From positions 160,001 to 224,000 of the forward strand of contig OY969696.1 in assembly GCA_963702005.1 (NCBI GenBank): a stretch of 64,000 bases of DNA. The letters are read 5' to 3'. The DNA comes from Candidatus Aminicenantes bacterium. GTDB lineage: Bacteria; Acidobacteriota; Aminicenantia; Aminicenantales; JAFGBC01. Below are positions 37,226 through 47,127 of this stretch, piece after piece. The position numbers and the translations under genes are program-made. A model generated the notes under the pieces. The model made no database searches. It was given only the letters and a program-made list of their open reading frames with translations, and had not been told where the DNA came from. How positions within the stretch are numbered: position 1 is the stretch's first letter; each line of letters starts with the position of its first letter.

Positions 37226-38248
37226 ATGAAAAACATGATGGGCCGACAGCCAACCGAGAAGGGAATCACATTGCAGAGGGCGGCCTTCCCCGCTACTCTG
37301 CCCTGGGAACCGAAGGGGCTTTTATCTCCCTGGCTGGCGACAAAGAAGGCCGTCGCGGCGCGCTATGGGCATGTCCGCTGGCGGGTCATGGATATGACCT
37401 GCGTCGGCTATACGGCGCTTATCGGCGCCCTGCTCCTTGTCTTTCACCGAGGGGTGCTCAACTGGCCGCGGCACGTCGCTATCCATCTTCTTTTGGTCCT
37501 CGGCTTCCTGGAGGTCATTCGGGCCGGGGAGAAGACGCCTCGGCGGCCATGGCTTTGGGCGCTGCGGACCTTCTACCCCGTGATCCTCGTTTTTTACGGG
37601 TGGAAGGAGCTGGGGGCTCTGCAGGTCATGTTCTACGGCGATTATTGGGCGACCGGCACGATCATGGACCTGGACAAGCTGCTCTTCGGCGTTCATCCGA
37701 CGGTCTGGGTGCAGAAGTTCTACCGGCCGTGGCTGGACGAAACCATCAAGGTCTCCTATTTCGGATACTACCTGTTCCTCCCCGTCGTCACCGTCACCCT
37801 GTACCTCAAAAAGAAGAAGGAGGCGGCGCTCGCGGCGTTTTCCATCATCACCTGCTCTTACCTGGCGAATTTCATCCTTTTCTACCTGTTTCCGGTCATC
37901 AACCCGGATCTTGTCCCCGAAATCCAGGCTTTGACGACCCGCGCGCATTCCGGCTATCTCATCGCGAAGATCCTGCCGCGCGTCATCGGCACCGCCTGGA
38001 TCCCGGGCGGCGCCTTCCCGTCCTCCCATGTGAGCGGCGCGCTCGTTTGGTCTCTCGTGGCCGCGCGCTATTTGAAGAAATTGCGTTATATAATGCTCCC
38101 GATGACGGTCGGCGTCGCCGTGGCGACGGTTTATCTCGGATACCATCATGCCTTAGACCCGATCTTCGGGTTCATAGTGGGCGGAGTTGGCTTTGCCCTC
38201 GGTCTGAGGTGGGTCAAAAGTCGCGGCGAAGACCCGCTGACTCGATGA
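37226..38248 (+). CDS. PAP2-family membrane phosphatase/phosphotransferase (Aur1-like)
   Basis: AFPSSHV, ATVYLGYHHALD; multi-TM. Confidence 0.85.
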   Translation: MKNMMGRQPTEKGITLQRAAFPATLPWEPKGLLSPWLATKKAVAARYGHVRWRVMDMTCVGYTALIGALLLVFHRGVLNWPRHVAIHLLLVLGFLEVIRAGEKTPRRPWLWALRTFYPVILVFYGWKELGALQVMFYGDYWATGTIMDLDKLLFGVHPTVWVQKFYRPWLDETIKVSYFGYYLFLPVVTVTLYLKKKKEAALAAFSIITCSYLANFILFYLFPVINPDLVPEIQALTTRAHSGYLIAKILPRVIGTAWIPGGAFPSSHVSGALVWSLVAARYLKKLRYIMLPMTVGVAVATVYLGYHHALDPIFGFIVGGVGFALGLRWVKSRGEDPLTR

Positions 38249-38264
38249 ACGGGAAGGCGCAGCT

Positions 38265-38294
38265 GTCAGAGGTTCAAATCCTCGATCGCCCGCC
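38265..38294 (+). repeat. Decayed tRNA-Val T-arm/acceptor fragment (att-like module 6, core only)
   Basis: GTCAGAGGTTCAAATCCTCGATCGCCCGCC versus module 2 GTCAGAGGTTCAAATCCTCTATCGCCCACC. Confidence 0.75.
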
Positions 38295-38353
38295 TTTCTC
38301 AATTCAACGTCTTCCCGCATCTTCAGACGTCCCCGTTCATGATGCCGGATCGA

Positions 38354-39247
38354 TCATTCCCTCAACAGCCAGCGCAGGGCGTTCTTCTGAAGTTTCACGT
38401 ATTCCGGGTTCCAGAAGCCGGGGATGGTATGCCCCGGGGCCATGAAGCAAACGCGCCCCCGGCCGTATTCGTAGGCCCAGCAGGCTTCGCAGCTGGCCCC
38501 TTGGTTCCCGTACTTGTCCGTCGAGAACTCCAGCCCCTCCTGGTTGACGCTCCGGACCAGGACATCCTTGGGATCCTTGTCATAGATCACGTAGTGCTGT
38601 TCCTCGGTCACCACGAAATCCTTCACGCCCCGCGTGATGGGGTGGTCGCCGTTCACGATCTTCATTTTGTAAGGGCGGAACGGCGTATGGCCCGTGAACA
38701 GCGCCCCTTCCACGTGACGGAAATCATCGTTCGTTCCGGAGATGTAGCTGGCGTTGTGAAAGAACCAGGCCGAGCCTCCCCCTTCCACGAAGCCGCGGAT
38801 GGCCCGTCCCTGTTCCAGAGTGAGCCACATCACGGGCTGCTCGTCGAGCTTGGGGAGCGGCGGATCGCTCACGAACGTCATCTTCTCCGGGTCCATGAAA
38901 GGATACGGCGCGGTGTATCCTCCGGGAAAGGTCATGCCGTCGCAGAGCATGATCAGCAGACGATGCGCGGCGAGGGTTTCGGCCGTGAGCAGGCCGCTAT
39001 CCGGCGTGAAAGTGACGCTGACGCCCGATTCGTTGACCAATGTCCTGGTCAAGGCCGTCCGGATGTAATCGAAGCTGTGCCAGCGATCGCCGACCAGGGC
39101 GAAGACGTCGGCTTTGCTGGCGCCGGCCTGGCCGGCCTCGCCCCGGGCGCCAAACGGGGAGAGCGCCGTTCCTAGCGCGGATGCCGCTCCGACGATTCCC
39201 AGCCTGCCGATGGCCGAGCGCCGAGATAAAAGTTTGGCATTCTTCAT
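38354..39247 (-). CDS. ThuA-like domain protein, Tat-exported
   Basis: SRRSAI signal; HPITRGVKDF, EEQHY, YGRGRVCFMAPGH. Confidence 0.88.
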   Translation of the reverse strand: MKNAKLLSRRSAIGRLGIVGAASALGTALSPFGARGEAGQAGASKADVFALVGDRWHSFDYIRTALTRTLVNESGVSVTFTPDSGLLTAETLAAHRLLIMLCDGMTFPGGYTAPYPFMDPEKMTFVSDPPLPKLDEQPVMWLTLEQGRAIRGFVEGGGSAWFFHNASYISGTNDDFRHVEGALFTGHTPFRPYKMKIVNGDHPITRGVKDFVVTEEQHYVIYDKDPKDVLVRSVNQEGLEFSTDKYGNQGASCEACWAYEYGRGRVCFMAPGHTIPGFWNPEYVKLQKNALRWLLRE

Positions 39248-39275
39248 GGTTGACCCTCCGGTCGAAGAAACATTT

Positions 39276-40472
39276 TTAATGTGCTTGGGGACGGACGCTT
39301 TCCCCCGGCGTCGCTCGGACCGGGCGCCAGCGCCACCATCCGGCGAGGAGCGACCCCGAGACGTTCATCCACGGCCCGAAGATGGCCGGGGCGAGCGCCG
39401 CGCTGGTGCTTTTGAGGACGTCGACCGCGATCCCCGAGGCCATGCCCCCGTTCTGCATCCCGACCTCCATGGCCACGGCGCGGCAGGCGCTCTCGTCGAG
39501 CCGCGCCAGGCGCGCCCCCGCGTACCCCAGGCCGTAGCCGGTCCCGTTGTGAACGATCGCCGCCAGGATCAAGAGCGGCCCCACGGAGAGAAGCTGGTCC
39601 CGGGACTGGGCGGTGATGATGGCGATGATGAAGCAGATGCCAGCCATGGACACGACGGGCAGGGTTTTATCCATCCAATTCGCCGGGCCTTTGAGCATGA
39701 TGGTGATGATGAGCTTGGCCAGTGCGGTGACGCCCAGGAGGAGGAAGCCCAGGAGGACGCCGTGTTTGAGGACGGCGAGCCCTCCCCACCAGCGGGTAGG
39801 CGTCGCCGCCGCGGCGGCGGCCAGAGCGAGGAACGCCGGCGCGGAGATCGTGAGCAGGACCGCCGGGTTCGCCCGTTTTTTCGTCCCGTAAAGCAGGCGG
39901 TTGGCGCCGAGCCCGGCAACGATGGGGATGATGATCATGTTGAAGATGGACAGCATCATGCGCACGAAGGGCACGGGAACGAGCCTGCCGGCCAGGATCT
40001 TCATCCAGAACGGCGTCACGAACGGCGAAAGGAGGGTCGTCAAGGCCGTGATCGTCACCGAGAGGGGCACGTTGCCGCCGGCGAGATAGGTCATGACGTT
40101 CGAGGCGACGCCGCTCGAGACCGAGCCGATGAGGATGACGCCGGCGGCGACCTCGGGCGGAAAGCCGAACGTCATGGCGATCGTGAAGCCGACGAGCGGC
40201 ATGATAATGAACTGAAGGGCGACGCCGATGAAGACGGGCCAGGGCATCGTGAGGACGTTCCGGAAATCCTTGCCGCTCAGGGTCGTGCCCATGCCGAAGG
40301 TGATGACCTGAATGAGCGGGACGATCAGGACCGTCAGGTCCGTTCCGAACCAGGAGCGGAAGGCCGCCGGAAAGCTCATCGAGGCGGCGACGGCGACGAG
40401 GACCCAGAGGGTGAAGGCGTACTTCTTGTAAAAGCGCCGGAGACCGTGGCTTTGCGGCTCGTCGGTATTCAT
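39276..40472 (-). CDS. Bile acid:sodium symporter (BASS) family transporter
   Basis: FGMGTTL, LQFIIMP, GVASNVMTYLA, EVGMQNGG. Confidence 0.92.
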   Translation of the reverse strand: MNTDEPQSHGLRRFYKKYAFTLWVLVAVAASMSFPAAFRSWFGTDLTVLIVPLIQVITFGMGTTLSGKDFRNVLTMPWPVFIGVALQFIIMPLVGFTIAMTFGFPPEVAAGVILIGSVSSGVASNVMTYLAGGNVPLSVTITALTTLLSPFVTPFWMKILAGRLVPVPFVRMMLSIFNMIIIPIVAGLGANRLLYGTKKRANPAVLLTISAPAFLALAAAAAATPTRWWGGLAVLKHGVLLGFLLLGVTALAKLIITIMLKGPANWMDKTLPVVSMAGICFIIAIITAQSRDQLLSVGPLLILAAIVHNGTGYGLGYAGARLARLDESACRAVAMEVGMQNGGMASGIAVDVLKSTSAALAPAIFGPWMNVSGSLLAGWWRWRPVRATPGESVRPQAH

Positions 40473-41527
40473 AGTTTATACAGCTCCGCCATCCTCTCGT
40501 TGGGCTTGTATTTGGTGATGCACTGTTCGAGCGGCGTCCCCAGGAGCTGGATCTGGTCGGATTCGCCCTGGCCCAGTCCGGCTTCGGCCATCGACTTGAG
40601 ATAATTGATTTGCATCGGATCGAAGCCCATGACCCGCGTCCCCGTGATGTCGGCGGCCACGGCGTCCCGGCTGGCCAGGGCCACCTTCGAGCCGATGGGC
40701 GAGCCCCAGGCCGGGCCGTTCCCCTCGATCCCCACGAACCCGTCGATGACGGCCAGGTCGGGAAAGATCTCCTGGGCGATGTGGAACATGTTGTAATGGA
40801 GGAGGTCGTTCTTGGCCGGCGGCGCCTGGTGCATCAGGCCCTTGTCGTTCCCCCGGGCGTCGTTGAGGGGCGAGGCCATGATCACGTTCTTGATGGACAG
40901 GGTGACGAAAACGTAGTTATGCGTCTTCATCCGGGCGACGGAGATGATATAGAGGTTGGGGTCGAAAAAGGTGTTGATGATCCGGATCGGCGTCGGTTTG
41001 TTGTCCAGACCGAGGACGTACCGGGTCTGATAGGTGTCGCGATTGAGGTCCAGGAGCTTGACGTTGTAGTCCTTCTCGAGGCGCAGGTAGTCGCCGTAGG
41101 CGAAGCCCTTCATAGTATCTTGGACGCCCGACTCGCCGATGAGGATCTGACTTTTAAAATGAGGCGTCAGGAAATCCAGGACGGCCCGGACGGCATCAAC
41201 GTGCGTGATGCAGGCGGCGCAATTGGACAGGACAATGTTCGGCTTGATCAGGATCCGCTTCGGCCCGATCGAGCCCAGGACCTCGTCCTCGATGAGCTTC
41301 AGCGACTGGAAGACGATGTCGTAGCGGTTCTTCCCCTTGACGAGGGAGACTCGCACGGGGCCGGCCGCCCGCCCGGAAAGCCGGGGGAAACGGCCCGCCG
41401 CGGACCTCGACGCCGGGGAGGCGAACAGGGTCTTCCCAATGCCCAGGACCCCGCCCAGGGCCGCGCCGCCCATCGCTCCGGCGCCGAACTTCAGGAACTC
41501 GCGCCTGGCGAGCGCTCGTCGGTTCAT
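40469..41527 (-). CDS. DUF362-domain protein, Tat-exported
   Basis: RREFLK; ILIKPN, MKTHN, VTLSIKN, IDGFVGIEGNGP. Confidence 0.9.
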   Translation of the reverse strand: MNRRALARREFLKFGAGAMGGAALGGVLGIGKTLFASPASRSAAGRFPRLSGRAAGPVRVSLVKGKNRYDIVFQSLKLIEDEVLGSIGPKRILIKPNIVLSNCAACITHVDAVRAVLDFLTPHFKSQILIGESGVQDTMKGFAYGDYLRLEKDYNVKLLDLNRDTYQTRYVLGLDNKPTPIRIINTFFDPNLYIISVARMKTHNYVFVTLSIKNVIMASPLNDARGNDKGLMHQAPPAKNDLLHYNMFHIAQEIFPDLAVIDGFVGIEGNGPAWGSPIGSKVALASRDAVAADITGTRVMGFDPMQINYLKSMAEAGLGQGESDQIQLLGTPLEQCITKYKPNERMAELYKL

Positions 41528-41554
41528 GAACGACCTCCCTCCCCCTCTCCGTCT

Positions 41555-43495
41555 TCAGCGCGGCGGATACTTGAACCCCGTGACGTTCGTCCGGATCCGG
41601 TAGATCCTGTTGAAAGCCGCGAGGAAGAGCGTCTTCATGTCGTCGCCGCCGAAGCAGCAGCTGACCGGAAAAACGGGGGCATTCAGGACGCCGACGAATT
41701 CGCCGCGGGCGTTGAAGATCTGGAGCCCGAGGTAGGTGGCCACGAAGAGATCTCCCTGCGTGTCGATGGTCATGCCGTCGGCGCTGGTCGTTCTCCCCTT
41801 GCGGTCGAGGACCTCCGGTGTCAGGAGGAGCTCGCAGAATTTGCGCGGCCCCGCCAGCGTCCCGTCGGCTTTCACGTCGTAGGCCCAGATGAAATTGTCC
41901 TTGTCCGTGTCCACGTTCCAAAATGTCTCGCTGTCGTAGGTGTTGTTGACGAGAAGGATTTTCCCGTCCGGCGTGAGCACCAGGCCGTTGGGCATGGCGA
42001 AGACGTTGGGCTCGACGACGCGCCTGAGCTCGCCCCGCGGAGGGAGGTAGAAAACGCTCCGCCCCGGCTGCGATTTCACGGGCTCGGGCGTGAATTGCGG
42101 GTCGCTGAAATAGAGCCCGCCGCGCGCGTCGACGACGACGTCGTTGGGCCCGTCGAGGGGCCGGCCGCCGTACCGGCCGGCCAGGGTGCGGACGACCCGG
42201 CCCGAGGTCGTCATCTCGATGAGACGATGTCCGAACATGTCGCAGACGGCCAGATGGCCGTTCGCGAGAGGCATCAGCCCGTTGGTCAGCAGGCCGCGCT
42301 GGATATAGCGGTAGGTCCCGTCGGGGTCCATCACGACCGTCGCGCTCTTTCTCGGATCGCCGTTCCAGGCCTGGTCGAAGGCCATGCTCGAGACATAGAG
42401 CTTCCCGTCGAGCCACTTCGGCCCTTCGTTGAAGATGAGCCCCGGCCCCGCTTTGGCGCCGTCCACGAGAAGCTCGAGCTTGGAACCGGCGGGGATGATG
42501 GCCTCGAACGCAGTCTCGCGGCTCGCCCTCTTGGCCTCGTAATCCGGCCGCGGCGGGAAGAAGACGTCCAGGACGTCGCAGCCGGTGTCGCCGACTCTCC
42601 CGCCGTGGACCATCGTCCCGGGCAGATAGAGAAGGTCGCCCTTGGCCATGGCCGCCGTGCCGTCGAGAATGAGCTCCTCGATCGAGCCGCGCAGCACGAT
42701 CATGAGCTGCTCCTCGGGATGGAGGTGGGCGGCGAAATTCAGGCCCGGGCTCATCTGGAGGAAGCTCAGCTGGGCCCCGCGTCCGCCGATCAGCCGCGAA
42801 TTGGCGCCGGGCTGGAGCTCCGTGAATTGGACGTCATGAAGATCGCCGACGACTCCCGGCCGGACCGTCGGCACGATCGGGAACTCGGGGGCGGGGAATT
42901 CCGCCGGGACGTCCTTCGCGCCCGCCCGCGCCAGGTAGTCGGGCCGCGGCGGCCAATAGACTTCGACGATCTCGGCCCCGGCGGGCCCGGCTTGGACGCC
43001 GTTGGGCGCGCCTTTCTCGAGATAGACGAACTCGTTCTTGGGCGTCCCGCCGTGCGTGCCGTCGGGCGTCTCGCGCGGGACGGCCCGCATCGTCACATAG
43101 CTTCCGTCGAGGAGCTGGCCGACCTCCCCTTTCATCACGACCATGATGCGCTCGGCCGGCAGGATCTCCTCGGGGATCGTCGCGCCCGGGTCGAAGGCCA
43201 GCCAGGCGACGAGGTTGCCCTTCCCCCAGTAGAGGCGCGCCTTGACGCCCGGGGCGAGGAGGGTTTCCGGGAGCGACGCGATCGGCGTCACGATGCCGTC
43301 CGCCAAGCTCGGCCTCAGCCGGACGGCCGGGATATCGCCGCGGGCGCGGACGGTCAGCTTTTGGGCGGCGATGAGCTTCTCGTTCTTCGCCGCCCAGTCC
43401 GGCTTCTTAGCGCAGGCCGCGGTTAAGAAGAGGATGCCGGCGGCGAAAAGCGCCAGGATCGCGCGAGCGGCAAACCGCGGATGCTGGGATGTCAT
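41555..43495 (-). CDS. Lipoprotein with cupin domain(s) fused to an SMP-30/gluconolactonase propeller
   Basis: Lipobox LTAAC; HLHPEEQ..PGTMVHG; FNEGP, GPNDV, YFSDP, PNGL, ADGMTID. Confidence 0.88.
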   Translation of the reverse strand: MTSQHPRFAARAILALFAAGILFLTAACAKKPDWAAKNEKLIAAQKLTVRARGDIPAVRLRPSLADGIVTPIASLPETLLAPGVKARLYWGKGNLVAWLAFDPGATIPEEILPAERIMVVMKGEVGQLLDGSYVTMRAVPRETPDGTHGGTPKNEFVYLEKGAPNGVQAGPAGAEIVEVYWPPRPDYLARAGAKDVPAEFPAPEFPIVPTVRPGVVGDLHDVQFTELQPGANSRLIGGRGAQLSFLQMSPGLNFAAHLHPEEQLMIVLRGSIEELILDGTAAMAKGDLLYLPGTMVHGGRVGDTGCDVLDVFFPPRPDYEAKRASRETAFEAIIPAGSKLELLVDGAKAGPGLIFNEGPKWLDGKLYVSSMAFDQAWNGDPRKSATVVMDPDGTYRYIQRGLLTNGLMPLANGHLAVCDMFGHRLIEMTTSGRVVRTLAGRYGGRPLDGPNDVVVDARGGLYFSDPQFTPEPVKSQPGRSVFYLPPRGELRRVVEPNVFAMPNGLVLTPDGKILLVNNTYDSETFWNVDTDKDNFIWAYDVKADGTLAGPRKFCELLLTPEVLDRKGRTTSADGMTIDTQGDLFVATYLGLQIFNARGEFVGVLNAPVFPVSCCFGGDDMKTLFLAAFNRIYRIRTNVTGFKYPPR

Positions 43496-43526
43496 GGTTC
43501 CCTCCTTCCGGCAAGCGCGCATCGGC

Positions 43527-44429
43527 CTATTTGACCTGGTCGTGGCGGTTCCCCATGTAAAGCCAGAGCATGGGGCCGTCGCTGGGATTGATCGAGCTGT
43601 GCGGAACCTTCTTGTTCGGCGGGACGAGGAACGCTTCCCCCGGCTCCTGCCGCAACAGCCGGTTGCCGAACAAAAGCAGGCTCGTCCCCCGGAGCTGGCA
43701 CCAGATCTCCTCGCAGCCCGGCCCGTGAACATGGGGCTGGGCGATGTCGAACTTGTCGATCGAGACGGCGGCGAAGCCCATCGGGTTAGCGAACTTGGGC
43801 GGCGTATCCCACGTAAATCCGCGGCCGATATGGGCCCAATGCATTCCGACGCTGGGGAGCGTCTCACGATAGTCGCCGACGGACATCTTCGTGTTCGGCA
43901 CGAAGCCGACGGGGATGTCTTCGACGACCATGATCAACTCCAGATCGTCATCGCCGGGATTGAAGAACCGATAGGCGAGTCCGGTCGGAAGAAAGACGGC
44001 CATCCCTTCCTCGATGTTCGCCGTTCGGCCGCCCGCCTCGACCTGGCCCGCGCCGCTGAAAACGCAGAGGAACACCTGCTCCCGGTCGCTCTGGAAGGAC
44101 TGGGTCCTGCATCGGGGTTCCAGGGCGGCCCGCTTATAGGCCTTGATATACTTCAGCACGGCCCCTTTTTTGGGCGGCCGCAGCGGGTCGCCGGGCGTCA
44201 GGATATCGCGCTCAATGAACCCGCCGTGTCCCTCGCTGGGCAGCGAATTCCGCCAATGATTGATGTAGAGACTGACGTCGGTATCGACGTCCGGATGGCG
44301 ATGGTTGGAGACCGCGTCCTCGGCATAGGACGGATCGGGCTCCGTCGTTAACTTGCCCGCGACCTGCCCGAGGGCGAGCGCCAAGGACGCCAAGGCCAAC
44401 CCGGTGACGATCAGGACGATCTTATTCAT
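43527..44429 (-). CDS. Exported bicupin protein
   Basis: Signal peptide; QPHVH..EEIW..VPHSSIN. Confidence 0.85.
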   Translation of the reverse strand: MNKIVLIVTGLALASLALALGQVAGKLTTEPDPSYAEDAVSNHRHPDVDTDVSLYINHWRNSLPSEGHGGFIERDILTPGDPLRPPKKGAVLKYIKAYKRAALEPRCRTQSFQSDREQVFLCVFSGAGQVEAGGRTANIEEGMAVFLPTGLAYRFFNPGDDDLELIMVVEDIPVGFVPNTKMSVGDYRETLPSVGMHWAHIGRGFTWDTPPKFANPMGFAAVSIDKFDIAQPHVHGPGCEEIWCQLRGTSLLLFGNRLLRQEPGEAFLVPPNKKVPHSSINPSDGPMLWLYMGNRHDQVK

Positions 44430-45469
44430 GGTCCCTCCTCCGTCAACTGATAGATCTCGGCCATCTTTTTATGGGCTTTGAATTTGAAGCGGCACTCGTC
44501 GAGCGGGGCGCCGATGACTCGGATCTTCCCCAGGTCGCCCTGCCCCATCCCGGCGTCGGCCATCGCCTTGAGGTAGAGGATGCGTCCGGGGTCGAATCCC
44601 ATGATCGTCGTGCCGACGATATCCACCGCCAGCGGGTCGCGGCCGGCCAGGGCCAGGCGCGTCGCGAGCGGCGTCCCCCAGGCCGGTCCGTCCCCTTCCA
44701 TGGACTCGAACCCGTCGATGACGGCCAGGTCGGGCCAGACGCCGCGCTCGGCCAGGTGGAACAAGTTGTAATGCATGATGTCGTCGACCGATTTGACCGC
44801 ACCGTGGAGGATCCCCTTGTCGCTTTTCCGGTAGTCGTTGACCGGGGCGGCCATGAGGACGTTCTTGAGCGCTAGGGTCACGAGCACGGTATCGTGCGTT
44901 TTCATCCGGGCGAGCGAGATGACGCAGACGTCGGGATCGACGAAGACGGAGTAGACCCTCACGGGCCTGGGGATGTGGTTCGTATCGACGGCGTACCCGG
45001 GCTCGAAGACGGGGTCCGCGTTGAGGTCGATGACCTTGACCCCGTATTCCTTCTCCAGGGCCGGATAGCCGTTGTTGCGGAAACCGTCGCCGGTGTTCAG
45101 GACCCCCGACTCGGCGACGACGATGGGCTTCCGGCAGCGGGGCCGGAGGAAATCCAGGACGGCGCGCGCCGCGTCGACATGGGTGACGGCCAGGGGGTTC
45201 TTGTCGACGGCCATGTTGGGCTTGATGAGGACGCGCTTCTTGCGGTCGATGGCGGCCCAGACGTCGTCCTCGATGAGCTTCAGCGCCCGGTAGACGATCT
45301 CGCGCCGGTCCCGCCCTCTGACGAGGCTGAGGCGGGGAGCCGTTTCGGCCGACGGCGTTCCCGGCCGCGCGAAAAGGGCGGGCGACCCGAAAAGGCCGAC
45401 GCCGAGGAGCCCGCGCCCCGCCGTCCGGAGAAATTCGCGCCGGCGAAAGGGGCGTTCGGGTTTCTTCAT
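44426..45469 (-). CDS. DUF362-domain protein, Tat-exported (paralogue of 40469-41527)
   Basis: RRREFL; VLIKPN, MKTHD, VTLALKN, IDGFESMEGDGP. Confidence 0.9.
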   Translation of the reverse strand: MKKPERPFRRREFLRTAGRGLLGVGLFGSPALFARPGTPSAETAPRLSLVRGRDRREIVYRALKLIEDDVWAAIDRKKRVLIKPNMAVDKNPLAVTHVDAARAVLDFLRPRCRKPIVVAESGVLNTGDGFRNNGYPALEKEYGVKVIDLNADPVFEPGYAVDTNHIPRPVRVYSVFVDPDVCVISLARMKTHDTVLVTLALKNVLMAAPVNDYRKSDKGILHGAVKSVDDIMHYNLFHLAERGVWPDLAVIDGFESMEGDGPAWGTPLATRLALAGRDPLAVDIVGTTIMGFDPGRILYLKAMADAGMGQGDLGKIRVIGAPLDECRFKFKAHKKMAEIYQLTEEGP

Positions 45470-45479
45470 TGTTCCCTAC

Positions 45480-46397
45480 TTACTTGCGGCAGCCGAAGAA
45501 CAGCCACAGCGGATGTTCTCCGTCGGGGTTGATCGAGCTGTGCGGAACGGTGTTGGTGGGCGGGACCAGAAAGGCCTCGCCCGCTTCCTGGCGCAGGAGC
45601 CGGTTGCCGAGAAGAAGGAGGCTCGTTCCCCTGAGCTGCAGCCAGATCTCCTCCGCGGCCGCCGGATGCGTGTGCGGCTGGGCGATATCGAAGGCGTCCA
45701 TGGACACGACGACGAAGCCCATCGGGTTGGCGAATTTCGGCTCATGGTCGTAAAGGAACGGCCGGGCGATGTGAGCCCAATGGGCGCCGACCAGGGGCTT
45801 GGAATCGCGAAACCGGCCGACCGAAAGCTCTGTCTGCGGGACAAAATCCGCCGGCGTCTCTTCTGCAGCCAGGAAGAGCTCCAGGGGTTGGGAGGCGGGA
45901 TTCATCAGCCGGTAGCTAAGCCCGGCGGGAATGACGACGGCCATCTCTTCCTCGAGCTCGACCGTCCGGCCGTTCGTGCCGATACTCCCGCGGCCGCCCA
46001 TGACATAAAGGAAGACTTGTTCGCGCGCGTCTTTGAATTCCCGCGTTCCGGCGCGGGGAAGGAGCTCGGCCCGGCGATAGGCTTTGAGATAACGAAGGAC
46101 GGCTCCCTTTTTTGGGGGTTGGAAGGGGTCGCCCCGGGTCAGGATATCGCGCTCCAGAAGACCGCCGTGCCCTTCCCGGGGCGGCGAGTTCCGCCAGTGG
46201 TTGATGTAGAGCGAAACATCCGTATCCAGGCCCGGAAGCCGGCGGTTGGAAGGAGCGTCCTCCCGGTACGAGGGCTCGGGTTCTCCAACGGTCTTTTGTT
46301 GGGCGCGCGCGGTGAGGACGAGAACGACCGCCAGCGCCGCGAGGACGACTCGGAGAGCCTTCTTCTCGTTCAAGGTGGAATAGATGTTTTTTAGCAC
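45480..46397 (-). CDS. Exported bicupin protein (paralogue of 43527-44429; start uncertain)
   Basis: DTDVSLYINHWRNS, QPHTH..EEIW..VPHSSIN. Confidence 0.85.
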   Translation of the reverse strand: MLKNIYSTLNEKKALRVVLAALAVVLVLTARAQQKTVGEPEPSYREDAPSNRRLPGLDTDVSLYINHWRNSPPREGHGGLLERDILTRGDPFQPPKKGAVLRYLKAYRRAELLPRAGTREFKDAREQVFLYVMGGRGSIGTNGRTVELEEEMAVVIPAGLSYRLMNPASQPLELFLAAEETPADFVPQTELSVGRFRDSKPLVGAHWAHIARPFLYDHEPKFANPMGFVVVSMDAFDIAQPHTHPAAAEEIWLQLRGTSLLLLGNRLLRQEAGEAFLVPPTNTVPHSSINPDGEHPLWLFFGCRK

Positions 46398-46553
46398 AGG
46401 GGCCGAAAAGAATCAAATGCGCCCAAATCCCCTATCGTCCACCATCTCATTCATCAATAACTTAGCCTCCTCTTGCATGCCTTCTTTTTCCAGAAATGAT
46501 TCCCTCACCCGGAATCCTTGACGGGAACCTGACCAGACATTATCCTTTAAATC

Positions 46554-47081
46554 ATGCCGAAATCGTTCCGCCTGACCGTCCCCGTCGATATGCGCGCCTA
46601 TCTTTCCGCGCGCGAGCGGCCGCGTATCGCCAATTTCTCGGCTTCGTTCGAAGCGACGCTGGACCGGGGATTGGGCGGATCGTTCGAGGAAACGCTCGGC
46701 CTCGTCCGGGCGGTGACGAGAAAGGAAAAACAAGGCCGTCCGGGCCTGGAGCAGGCAGCGGCCCTTTGCTCGATCGCCGATCGGATCCCCTTTCGGATCA
46801 TCCAAAACCGGCTCGAGAGGGGAAAGGTCCGCATGGCCCTCCCCCCGCCTTGGTTCATCGCCCTGGGCGTTCTACGCCCCGAAAACCTGTCCTTCGGTCC
46901 CGTGGCGGCCCGCTACGCGTATTCGCTCCAATCGGTGAGCCGGGCCGGCGCGGTGTTTCAACTCAGCGCGTCCCTCTTCGCCGAATCGATCACCCTGGCC
47001 GTCTGCTTCGCCGGGGACGACGCCAATGAAGAGGTCGTCAACCGCTTCCTCGATTTCTACGAAGCCGAACTCCCGTCCTGA
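46554..47081 (+). pseudogene. C-terminal fragment of a condensation-domain/acyltransferase-like protein
   Basis: LTVPVDMRAYL..IANFS, FQLSASLF..ITLAVCF; no plausible N-terminal half. Confidence 0.5.
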
Positions 47082-47127
47082 CCGCCGATTGGCGGTCGGT
47101 GGACCGGAAAAGGAGGGTTCCGCACGC

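Noticed and set aside
40610-43426. 938-aa plus-strand ORF
   Set aside because: Antisense shadow of GC-rich genes with clear motifs on the minus strand
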